From NCBI GenBank assembly GCA_002633005.1, contig NMRA01000090.1, positions 381,475-445,474 of the forward strand: a stretch of DNA of 64,000 nt. Reading direction: 5' to 3'. The translations under genes were made by a program, and so were the position numbers. The stretch comes from Phoronis australis (Eukaryota; Animalia; Phoronida). Shown here in pieces: positions 22,586 through 34,700 of this stretch (its first letter is position 1; each line of letters opens with the position of its first letter). The notes under the pieces are model-generated. The model did not search any database. It saw nothing but the letters and a program-made list of their open reading frames with translations, and was not told where the DNA came from.

Positions 22586-24431
22586 TTACCTCTTTGCCAT
22601 ATGTTGGACCAAAGTTTGCTTCATGGAACTAGCAAGTTTTTCCATTTCTGCTATTTTACCTCTCAACATTTCATTTTGTTTAGCCAAAGTCGCAGCTGTC
22701 TCATCCATCATTGCAAATTTCTGCTTCCTCGTTTCCCTTGATCTTTTAGAGGCTACATTGTTCTTCATTCTCCTCTCTGCGTATTTCTCCTGCCACTGTT
22801 GTTCCTTACCAGCCTGTTCACAGTCAGACCTACATCTCTTAGGTAAATAACTATGGTCAAGATCAGAGGAAGACAATGATCTCTTTGCTTCAGTTTTTGT
22901 AGTGGTTGTCACAGAAACATCTGCCCTTATTGATTGATCCAAGGACTGGCTCTTAGATTCAAGCAGTGACGTGCCACTAGTTGTCTCAACTGTGGCATTC
23001 TGAAATGAATAGGCCATGACCATGATTCTCTCTGTTCTGTTCTGGTAAGCAACAAGGCTAGTCCTTCCTTACAACCAGGTTTTACACACAATATTGCTTT
23101 CCTCAATGTTTAGTTTCAGAACATGTGCTAGCATTCAAAACTAAATTCCAAATACAAATAACTGTTCATGGAATGCATATTCATCACTCTCTGTTATGAT
23201 GGGCCATTTATGCCATAATGGTCACAGTCACAATAGCTGTGCTCACACTTGACTATTAAAACACTGTTTCAACTGTGGTTCCTAATCGCATCAAGCTAAC
23301 ACAAAAATGAAACCCTGGAGTATAGCCATCATAACCAGAACTAATTCATAGGAGACTGCAACTGCTTTCATTCACACTCACTGAACATACTTTAGAAGTG
23401 ATGGCAAACACAAAAGTACATGAGCTGTTCAGTGTAGACTGATCAATGACATTGAAATGAAAAATTGTGAAAATAAAATTTAACTTATGTTCAAGAAATT
23501 AGCACAAAGTTTGTATCACTGCAACATTACCAGAGAAAACACAAAATTTACTAGAAGTCTCAGTTTAGTAATTTTATAATAATTAAATGTTTTCAACCAT
23601 AAAGTCTCTTGACTCCATATATCACAAACATCAATGCGACTTAAGCTATTACAAACCTCAGTAAGAAATTGTGACAAATCTGTAAATATGTCCATGCCAA
23701 AGCCATCCTCCAGATTACAAAATGAATCTTCTATGGTCCAGCTGTCATCAGCTGAGGTTACTTGATCGTATAACTTTCCTTCAAGTACCGATGTAAGCAA
23801 TTCTTGTGGAGATTCGATGTCCAGGCAATCACTGCTACTTGGGCATAGCAGAGCCACATCATCTGAAAACACAAGTTAATTGCAAAGTATGAGTTGACAA
23901 TAGGAAAATACCAGCTTTTATGTATGTTTATCAGATTTGATTCCTCCCAAATGTAAATTCATCAACAACAAATACAAATTAATGATAGACACATTTGTCA
24001 ACACACACAGCTTTATAAACAGCTGAAAACTGAGATTAAATGTTAACAAAATTAAAAGTGACAAATTCATGTTTGAATGTGTAAATCCTTTGTTAAGTTT
24101 AACTTTTCCATCGAGAAACTCTTAACACAAAGACTCAGCTCTATAAACCCTGGCATTCACATGTATCTAACTGAACACTATAGCACGTGCACACTAGTAA
24201 AATAGTGCCCTCAGTTTCAGGCGGTGGTGCAACACTTGATGACGCAATCTTGGCTTTCCTAGCCAAGATGACCTAATTCCAATTATATCGAGGAACTACC
24301 AATGAACTTGCCGGGGCAAGAATCGCTTCCCTGTCATTTCCCTGATAAATACCTCTGTCAAATAGGCCACTTGGCTTTTGCATTCCACGTAGGACACTGC
24401 AGGGATACGTTAATTGCAAATTGTAGGTCAT
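22586..24431 (-). CDS. bZIP transcription factor, PAR/C/EBP-related (232 aa predicted)
   Basis: Exons 24431-24353 (MTYNLQ...GLFDR, phase 1), 23862-23657, 22999-22586; basic region KYAERRMKNNVASKRSRETRK plus heptad zipper; DHSY motif; non-coding exon with donor at 24820; AATAAA (minus) at 22447-22442. The first coding exon is less certain than the last two. Confidence 0.85.
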
Positions 24432-24498
24432 CTCCAACGACCGATTTCTCCGTTTCTTGTCTTGAGTGGATTATAGCAACACTTGCTCCTTCAGACAT
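24358..24498 (-). promoter_or_regulatory. 46-codon upstream ORF overlapping the bZIP start out of frame
   Basis: ATG at 24498, TGA at 24360-24358, 67 nt upstream of and out of frame with main ATG 24431, inside predicted exon 24538-24353. Confidence 0.5.
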
Positions 24499-24922
24499 GA
24501 CTTTCGAGAATCTACACTTTCAATAAAAGGTCCTTTTCCTAAATAACACAAATAATACTTTGTGAGAACAGGTGAAATTGAGGAGAACAATATTCTGAAC
24601 CTTATTTTCAGAGACTGGATCCACTCCAGTGCATACAATATGGTGGCCCCGCAATGACAAGCGTCAAGTGGGGATGAAACAAGTTACAAGGGTTGGTTCC
24701 TAACAATTTAGAAGAACATTTTATCAATTCTGTTCTCTTGGAATAACTGCGCATCACAAAAATAGATAACATCAGCAAAATTCTAAAACACATCACAAGC
24801 AACAGAACCCACCCACTTACCTGGACGAACTGATATCGAACAGCGCTCGTGCGCAGCCGCGCAGTATTTATATCTGTTGTATTGTTGCTAAATTTAGTAT
24901 ATTACTCTGCCAGGCGATGTTC

Positions 24923-24954
24923 TTTAAATAGACTATACGTCAGCTACAGCCAAT
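24923..24954 (-). promoter_or_regulatory. Core promoter of bZIP gene: CCAAT box, CRE-like TGACGTA, TATA-like TATTTAAA
   Basis: CCAAT 24950-24954, TACGTCA 24936-24942, TTTAAATA 24923-24930, ~100 bp upstream of the first donor (CAG|GTAAGT at 24820). Confidence 0.5.
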
Positions 24955-25757
24955 CAAATATCGCCATAGTTTTCGCTAAGTTAAATTGGTTTTTATAATC
25001 AATACTGTTTTTCCCAAAACTCTGAAGAGACGCGCAATGTGCAGCACATTTTGCTTTTTTTGGTATAAACATTTGTTTATCAATCTCTTATTATTAAAAT
25101 GTTAAAAAAATTGGGAGGATAAATAGTACATAGAATAGCCGTATTTCTGAAGATTTTTATCAGTTTTAACACCAACTGATTTGTGACTTTTCACTGCATA
25201 TTTTATAGTCATACGGATGAGCGTGTGATCTTAGCACAGTTCTCCTAAAAATGAAAGAAATGAAGTTCTCAAATAACATCCACATGTTCCTCTTGCTGCA
25301 AACTGCTGACTGGAATGTCAACGCAAGCACTGAGAATAGTCTTGGCCAATGGGGTCAAAGAACACTTTTGCGTTATTGACCTTGTTTTCATATTATATCC
25401 GGGCATGTTTTGTTTAGTTGTTCAGGTCAGCCATCTTGATGTTCGTGGGGAGAAAACCGTGATTTACTTTTCATCGTTGTTGTCATTTCGAACATTTATT
25501 CGGACAGTCATAGAAATGCTCGAATTAGAGAGACATTGTCCACAGAAATGTTTAGTCATAAGAAGAATAAAAGTGGTTTCAAGTCCTTAGAGATTTAACC
25601 CACGCGCTGTAGTGAACGTGTAGGCCTACGACGAGTTGGTGATGAAAAGCGCAGTGAACAAACCAGTAAAAAGTTGAGGATCACAAGAGACTGAGACAGA
25701 GCAAGTTATACTGCTCCTTTTAATCGCGCTACCAACTGGACAGATTCAACCATCAGC

Positions 25758-28700
25758 ATGACACGTGTGACAGATATAATAGTTGTTCTCTCAGTTTGTG
25801 TTATCGGTGAGTGAAGCCTTGTCATAATGTCATAGGCCTACTTCGCCTACTACTACTACTAGTCATTCTGCTCGCTTCGGTTCTAGTAAACAGTGCGCTC
25901 GCTGCCTTGTCGTCGCTTGTCAGCCCTGTGGAGATGATGTCGATGGGCATGCCATATAGAACGTCTGGATAATCACCGTGTGTGTCCCTCTCTTGATTTC
26001 AGAACTAGAGACTATTATACTATAATAGTATTTTAGTTCAATGTATTTTATGTGGTTGTTTTACATCTTTTTAATCAAACCAAAGTTTGATGTACATTAT
26101 TAGCATAGGCTTAACTAAAGACTAAAGTACTGAAGATTTTGGAGCAAAGGCAAATTGCTGATTGAGCTTCTACCTTAATTTGGAATCAGTTGCAGAATAA
26201 AAGTAAAGCTGAACAGGGATGTACCTTAACCAAACTGACTAGTCGTCAACTGGGACTAGACATTGATTACTGCCAGTAGAGATGGTGGAGCTCCATAGGC
26301 GCTTCAGGGGGTATGACGCCATACCACATGCCGCGCACAGTGTTAAAAATGGCGAGTTACCGATTGGGAACTGAAAGAGGGACTGCTCGAAGAAAAAAGT
26401 TTGATAACGGGAGTGTTTGTTCGAGTTGAAGGGAATTAAATAGGCCTAAATCGACGGCCTCCTATGTTGTCCCTCTATGCGCAAAAGGTATTTATTACAA
26501 CATGACTTTTATGTTTTAATCAGTGCGAGGCATAAATCGATGAAAAGCTTTCAGCGTATGAAGCGCCTATAGGAGCTCCACCGTCTCTACTGGCACCTCT
26601 ATATATTTCACGTATGTCTCTGTATCTTCATTCTCGGGGAACTTCAAATTCAAAATATATGCCACATGCCAGAAAAAAAGATTTAGCAGAACCACTGTGG
26701 AACCGCTTAACCACATGGAAATGTGTTTACTACTTGTTCGAGGTCAAGGTTATGAGGCTCTCAATCAAATCGAATCCCCTGTCAGCCACAGAGCAGCTTC
26801 GTATGAACCCTATGTACATATGATAAAAAGATTCCATTGAAAATGAAGACAAAGCGTAGTTTTGATCCTGAGAAAGTTCTGTGTCTGCATGCTTATAGCA
26901 GTTGAGAACGAATGCTACAAGTCGCCTCATGCCTCTGTGACTGTGTTCACGAACACAACAAGTTGTGAAAAGAAATAAATCCTCACTGAAATTCCTTAAT
27001 TCGCTGTTTCGATCTCGTGTTCACAACGTACTTCAACCACTGACCCAACTTCTGCATGCGTTTCGCATTTGGGTTTCATATCAGTCTTCCAGCACATGGT
27101 GTGCCTGACGAACTGTTAACCTACTTCAAAGTGGACCTCAATGCACCAGCTTGACCCACTTGATATTTTGGCTCTGCCCGTGACCCAGTTGGACGCGATG
27201 CATTGGAAATCGGTTGAAATGTTTTGATGATGATTAACTTAATTACGCACTGCAAATTCAGATGGCATTTGGCGTGAATGTTGAAATGATAACATAGCTA
27301 TGTAGTATGTAAGTTATATTGACCAAAAACAAGTTTTCACAGAATAATTAACCGAAGACCTTGATACTTTACTCCTCCCCGGCTTTTTCTCGGCAAATTT
27401 ACTTAATTTGAACTTACGAACACAAGTTTTCGAAAACGGCTTGGTGCATTTCGCTGAAACATTACAAACTTAATGTTTATTCATCAATCTCAAAAACCTT
27501 GTTAGGATTTTTGATATAAAGGCCTAGTTTTTGCTTAATATAACAAAGACGAATAGGACTGGTATTTTTTCACAAAACTACCTTACATTTTGCGAGTTGT
27601 CCTAGAAACCAAACGATAAGACTAATCTGAAATTCATAACAGCGTTTTTGAGGTAACTGGTGAAGTTTTCATTTCAATAAGGTTTCATTAAAATTGATCG
27701 GGGGTTATTTTGCTATGAATGTATCTTAAATATGAAATTTTGGCTTTAAAAAGATCTTACGGTAATAATGATAATGGTACATAACTATAAAACCTATTTT
27801 CCTATTCCCTGATCTTTTTTCTTTTAAAGAATACTTTTACTAGTTGACAAAGCCCATGTTTGATTGATAGAATGGAAGCCACTAAATAAGGTTTAAGATA
27901 ACCTTAAATACCACAATAATGAGCTTCGATTCATTAATTACTGGTTAATTTTCCTTGAAATTGGCATGCTGCATGACAAGTCATCTTCAGACATTTGCAT
28001 TCAATTTACTTTCAGGCACAATGACCGAGATATCTAACAGTATTGATGAATCATCAAAGACAAAAAGAACTTTGACCTGTGATGCTTATGATCGTAAAAT
28101 GTGTCTCAAAACTGGTAACAAATGTGGCGGAACAATGGAGTGCCAACACTACTGTTACTCCAGCTGGTCATTCACAGCCAATGGCAGTGTACAATTGCAT
28201 CTTAAAGGATGTTGGATGACTAAAGGCGAATGTCAGAACAGAGAGTGTGTAGATGTCACAACTACCCGTGACTTGAATGTTATGTTCTGCTGCTGTACTG
28301 GTCACAGGTGTAACTCCAACTTCACCTACTCACCTCTACCTACTACAACTACTTTTCAACTCACTGCCAACTGTAAGTATGTTGGAACACCATTCAAACT
28401 CAAACCAAACACTTTGCACTCACGTTGTAGGGCATCACTAGAACAGGTTGTGCCAGTTTTAAATCTACCCCACGGTCCCACCTCCTGAGTCGAGGGTACG
28501 TGACTTTGTCAGTATTTTTGAAGAAGAACATTTCCAGATATATGTAGAGAACAGATTGATTGATTTCTTATGAAAGTTGAGTCCAAAGTATGTGATATCA
28601 GTACACTGGCACCATTACACTTTTGAGCGAATTCGACCACTGCAGTACTTTCTAGTGGCCATTTTGCTCCCAATAAGAGGCTTTTCAAGTATTGAAACTT

Positions 28701-31700
28701 GTCACATAGAAATGTAATGAGGATGCACTGGCACCATTTGGTTTTCGGACAGATTAGACTACTAAAGCACGTCCTCCATTCTGTGTTGAGATCGTTTCCT
28801 GGTGACATTTAGAAAACTGATTGAAAGATTTCAGTGAAAATCGACGTAGAGTTATGTTATGGGAATGCGGTGTCACTATTAAATCTTCATTCTTATTTGA
28901 CCACTGTAGCACCTCCTAGTAGCCATTTTGGTATCTGATTGATGGATTTTAAAGGAAATTTGGCACAGAAGTATATGATGTCAGTGCACTGGCACTATTG
29001 AAATTTTCGGATGGATTCGACCACTGCAGCGTCTAGTGGCCATTTTGATTTAGACAAGGAGTTTTTCAAATGTTGTTTGGGGGAATAGCTTTCCCCGGTA
29101 ACATCTAGACAATCATTTGACAGATTTCAATGAAACTTAACATAGAGGTATATATATGATGACAATGAGCTGGAGCAATTTGATTTTCGGGAAGGTTTGG
29201 CTACTGGAATGGGATTTTGTAAAATATTTTCCGGATGAAATCTAAGGAACTTATGGACAAATTTCATTGGAACTCGACTCGGGTGTTTATGATGCCACTG
29301 CGCTGACAATATTGAAATTTTAGGCGGATTGAACCTTTGCAGCTCTTCAAGTTTCCATTTTATTCTTGGCACAGGGCTTTTCAAGTGTTGTTTGGGTAAG
29401 AGTATGTTTCCAGACGATATTTAGAAAACTGACTGACGGATTTTGATGAAAGTTGTCACAGATATCAATGCGCTGGTACTGTTTGATTTTCAGGTGGATT
29501 TGACCACTGCGGCATCTCTTTGTGTTCATTTTGTTCTTTACAAAGAGTTTTTCGAGTGTATTTGAGGGAAAGGACGTTTCTGGATGATAGAGAAATGATT
29601 GATGGATTTTAATGAAACTTGACAATCGGCCTGCACCAATTGATTTCTGGGCAGATTCAACTTCTGCAGCACCTGCGTCTGGTACCTAGATTCGGTCAAG
29701 TGGACCCAGTGTTCTTGTTCACTTATCGTTTGACACTGGTCTCAACTTACTCCAGGGCTTGGAATTTTCCGCGGAAACGCGGATTTCCGCTTTTTTCAAG
29801 TGTTTTGTCGTTGTATTTTATTAGATTTCCAGGTAAAAAAAATCGGATTTGATATAAAATTTCCGCGGAAATTCTTTCTTACCGCGGCGTTGCCGACGAC
29901 TTTCACCTTGAAAGCGGAAGTTTCTCTTTATGTTTCGGATGAACGTAAATTGTCAACATTGCTGGGGCACCTGGGATAGCGTGGTGGATTTCTTCAATGG
30001 CGTCTCGTGAGGTTGTAAATCGTGGTGACAAATACTACGACTCTGCAGCCAAAAATGAAGTCCCAATTTTTGTCGGCAAAACATCCTAATCGACATTTTC
30101 AAGGCTGGGTGCGCGCATGTATAGGGCCGTAAAAATTTCTGCTTTTTTGTCATGGCTCATTCGAAGCCCTGTTGCTCACATGCGTGAAAAGTGGTTTCTG
30201 TACATGGAAAGTAAACACACGTCATTGCTTGTGACAGGCGTGAGAGCAAAGAACAAATGTTTCTTGTCATGAGAATTCTGTGAACATTCAGTATTGTATG
30301 TTCCTTAGTGGACCATGTACTTGACGAGTTCTGTGAAGTTTCAGATATGTTCCTTTGTTGTCCATCTTCTTGACATGGTAATTATGTGGATATTCGATAT
30401 CAAATATTCCTTAATCGGTCATGTACTTGACATGGGATCTGGGAATTCTGTGAACATTCAGTATCAGTGTTCTCCACACCTGAACATTAACAGGTCGCAT
30501 GCGTGAAAATGTCAACAAATATGCCAGAAGCGTGCAGAGGTCAATTTTCTTTGCAGTACGCAATTACCTGTCTTGTTACCTAAGTATTTAGACAGTAATG
30601 TACAGGGGCGCAAAAAATAAATGCCTTTGTCCAATTTCTTATTTTTAAACAAGTGAAAATTTACTTATTTACAAACATTTCACATAAACCAGTTGTTTAT
30701 TCAATGACTTTAAAATGGAAGTCTACACAAACATGTTTGAAACAGCTTGCGGAAACATTTTACTTATTACTAATGATGTTAATATCGATTGGCCCATGTT
30801 GATGAGAAAAGCACCAAAACTAACCAATAGTATTCGTGTAAGTGAGAAATAGACAATCAACAACCTATAAGAGTCATCAGAAAGTCTTCTATTTAAAGGT
30901 ATGTTGACATTTCAAACACTGCTGTTGGGAAGTCCAGTGTTATGCAGTGCAGGGAATATTGAAAATTGCAATACGAAAAAAGTTCTGGCCTCGCAAAAGA
31001 CATCCGTTGTACTAACCCCTGCACAAAGGTGTTGGGGCTAACTAGTTAGGCTTTGGAGAAATTATCGCTATCCATCTATTTTTTTCAATCAGTTGTCCTT
31101 GTCGAACACAGAAGGTGATTACAACAGCGATTAAAAATCAGTGGCTATTGAACAGATTATTTACTAAAAAGGCTACGCTATAAATAGACTTACCGTCGTG
31201 GTTTGCCACTTGAGCGGGATCGTGTAAGAGGCTTCCAAAAACTGACCACTTGGCATTCGTTCATTTTCAGTGAACTATGGCTCATTTGATGTCAAGACGT
31301 GGAACAGGCATGTCTATCATGCAGCGTGATTTTAGCAGTAGATGCAATGAATGTTCTTATGTACTAAGGTGATAATATCTGTTGATGGAATGAATATTCT
31401 TGTGTAAACATAGGAAAAAGGCTACTTTTATTGTGTCCTGTCAAACTTGACTCCTGACTGCATTTCTACATGCTAGAACCTAACCTTGTTTGCACAAACT
31501 CACGGTCCCGTGAAGTTGTAAATAGTAAATGAGATTGATTAGTTGGTTAACTTGTGGATGTGTTTGTTTCAGTGTCGACAACAGTTGTAGAGAGTGGAGA
31601 AGATAGCCTGAAGAATGTGTTATTATGCACAATAATTCCCATGTTAGTAGTGGCTGTCTTACTCATCACTGCCTGGTATATATGGCGCTTCAGATCCACT

Positions 31701-34700
31701 CATTATAATGTGGCAGTACCTGCTGAGGACCCCATGGAACTGGACACCCCTCCTTCACCTATTAATAGAAGTCTGACACCACTTCAGCTAATTGAGATCA
31801 AAGCCAGGGGTCGCTTTGGCTGTGTTTGGAAGGCGCAACTGCTGAACGAGATGGTTGCAGTTAAAATTTTCCCCATCCAGGACAAACCTTCATGGGAGGC
31901 AGAGAGAAATATCTATCGACTGCCGCTAATGAATCACCTAAACATCCTCAAGTTTTTGGCCAGTGAAAGGCGTGGAGACAACCTCAATATGGAGTTGTGG
32001 TTAATCACTGAGTTTCATAAGAATGGATCTCTGTATGATTACTTAAAGGGAAACACTCTTACGTGGACTGAAGTTTGTCATGTCGCTGAAACGATGGTGA
32101 CTGGGCTGGCCTATCTCCATGACGATATCTCCATTGGTGACCAGCGCAAGCCAGCTGTTGCTCACAGAGACTTTAAGAGCCGTAATGTACTGCTAAAGCA
32201 TGACTTGACAGCTTGTGTTGCTGACTTTGGTTTGGCAATGGTGTTTGAACAAGGCAAGACTTTGGGAAGCACTCATGGACAGGTAAGGATTATGTCTGTC
32301 CAGCTGTCAACATTTTATGATTGTATTGTGTGTTGTGCAGTTACATGACATTTCCTGGTGTGCTCAGTTTTTAGTATTGAAGTCGAGATTGATATTGTAA
32401 TAATTATTTTAGCTCTGTAATTTATAATAGTACACATGGAGATTTGATAATGTGCTTTCAGGTGCTCTAGTTTTGTTTAGTAGGTGGACACCGCTGGAAA
32501 GGTAATAATATTTGTCTGATCATTTTGTTGACATTTATTTAGTTCTGTTCAATAGTAGAAAAGCTAGTAAAAAGCTGATAAACTGCTAAAACATGTATTG
32601 AAAGCAGTCTGTCATGTTGATCTAGCAGACTTAAGTGATGAATGGTTGTTAACAGCGTAGTTTATCACAATAAAACTATGAGAGGACCATTCCATTGTAT
32701 TTTGCGTGTAATGGATGCGGCCAATTCAATTGTCTATAATTTTTAAATTAGTTAAAGGAGAATGCCACCCGATTTAATTAATCTTTTTTACCATCTTAAT
32801 CGGTCTATATACACATCACCTCGTATAGGGACGATCTTACCTCGCCGAGAGGTGTCGCGTTAACCTGTGAGGAAGGTGAGAAACGACGCAGTGCTGAGTG
32901 AGTGCCGCTATGGTGTGGTGTATCGTTCCCGCTTATGCGTACTATGAAGCTACAAGGAAAACGGGTATATAATTTTTCAATTTCCTCGAGAGCCCATAAT
33001 GCTTTGGAAGTGGCTCACGTTAATGAAGAATGAAAAGTAATACCAAGTCTGAGGCCGTGAAACGGTGAAACTTCTCTGTGTCTTTCAGTGGCCTGCATTT
33101 TGTCAGATCAGTTGTTGATTATTTTTTGATTATGGAGATTTGTAGTTGGCCATGAAAACAAAACAATTACAATTAATTCAAGGGGTGAGAACATAACATT
33201 AAATATATAACCTGTTTGATGACTGACTCGTTCGTGAGGCTTCTGTTTGGTCCTCCAGTTCCTTTTCTCAGCCCTAAAAAAACGTCGTAACCACACCTCT
33301 GTTAGATGCGGTTCAAAATCAGGATGGTCCATGAGACATATCTGCGGTTTTCCTGGAGGGCGTTTCACTTGCAGAATTCCGTGGCAGCAAATGCAAGCGT
33401 CAGTCGTTTCCATTATCGTGCAGTTAGCTCACTGACACCATGGCAAGTCATTCAAACGGTTTTCGGAACTATCCATGTGTTCCGTTGTCTGTGCACGTTC
33501 ACTGAGCCTCTCTATTGCCGATGAAACCTAACAATCAACCTGTGAATTCTTCGTCGGATGAGTACTCATCTAAGTCGGGATTGTGAGTTGTCACGTTGAC
33601 GTTAATTATTGTGCGTTCTGTTTTAAAATCAATTATTCTTATATAAAACTGAAACGGAGTCTTCTCGTTGGGTTCAATTTGTAATGCCTTGGAGTGTTCG
33701 CGAGTGCAAATGGTTTGAGAAGCCTGCAATGAATAAATCACTGCATTACCAGCTTTAGAAGCAATAAAGTAATTGAACAAGCAAGGCCGAGGTCGTGTGT
33801 GCGCATGCTAATTCAGTGTTTGCTGATATAAAGGTATTGTGAAACAATGACTTGATTTTATATCCTATGGTTAGTTAGGTATATCTCAAGGTTACTCTGT
33901 ACCGTTATGTTAATTTATTTTGCAGATTTCTGTTCCTTACAGCCTGTCACCACTGAACAAGTCTGATGGCATGACATATCTGGCTACTGTTAATACGTTT
34001 TATCAGTTCATCATCTTTTTACTACTTGTTTTATTTCCGTTTAAATTATGGTAAAATTGAGGAAGAAATCGTTATATAATTGGCGATATATGAAATTTTG
34101 CCATGTTTATTGCTCATTTGGGAATTTGTTAGTTTGTATGCTCAGTAACAGGTCTTATTTCTTGTCCGATTGACAGGAAATGTACATTCATGTAACTCAT
34201 TCAAAGCTTGAGGCTTAGTGTGTTTGATCAAAATCAGAAGCAGGATTGTGCTTGTGCTTTGGTGAAATTTTTTCAAATTTTTCCTTTGAAGGATTTTTCA
34301 TAAAGTTTGGTCTGACCAGGAGCCTGTGTGGCTACAACTTAAAGCGTTCTCTAGCTTATTTCAACTTGTGTATCTGCTGCTCATCACTGATTCTTCACTG
34401 CTCTTGTCGGTTTTTCTGCTTCTGTACAAAACTGTGTTTTGTCGTCACTGCCGTAACCACCGTCGTCATGTTTCATTTAATGTTTCCAATTAATCTACAA
34501 GGATGTATTTCTTATAGTCACTTAACTCTATCATTCAGCTCTGCCGTTCACTCTCCAAAGCATGATCCTTGTTTGTCATTGATGTTACCTTGGCTCTGTG
34601 TGTGTCTGGGAAAACAGAGTAATTGAAGCAATTTCTACAAAAACTCTTTGTATGCTGTAGGTGGGTACACGACGTTACATGGCCCCAGAAGTGTTGGAAG

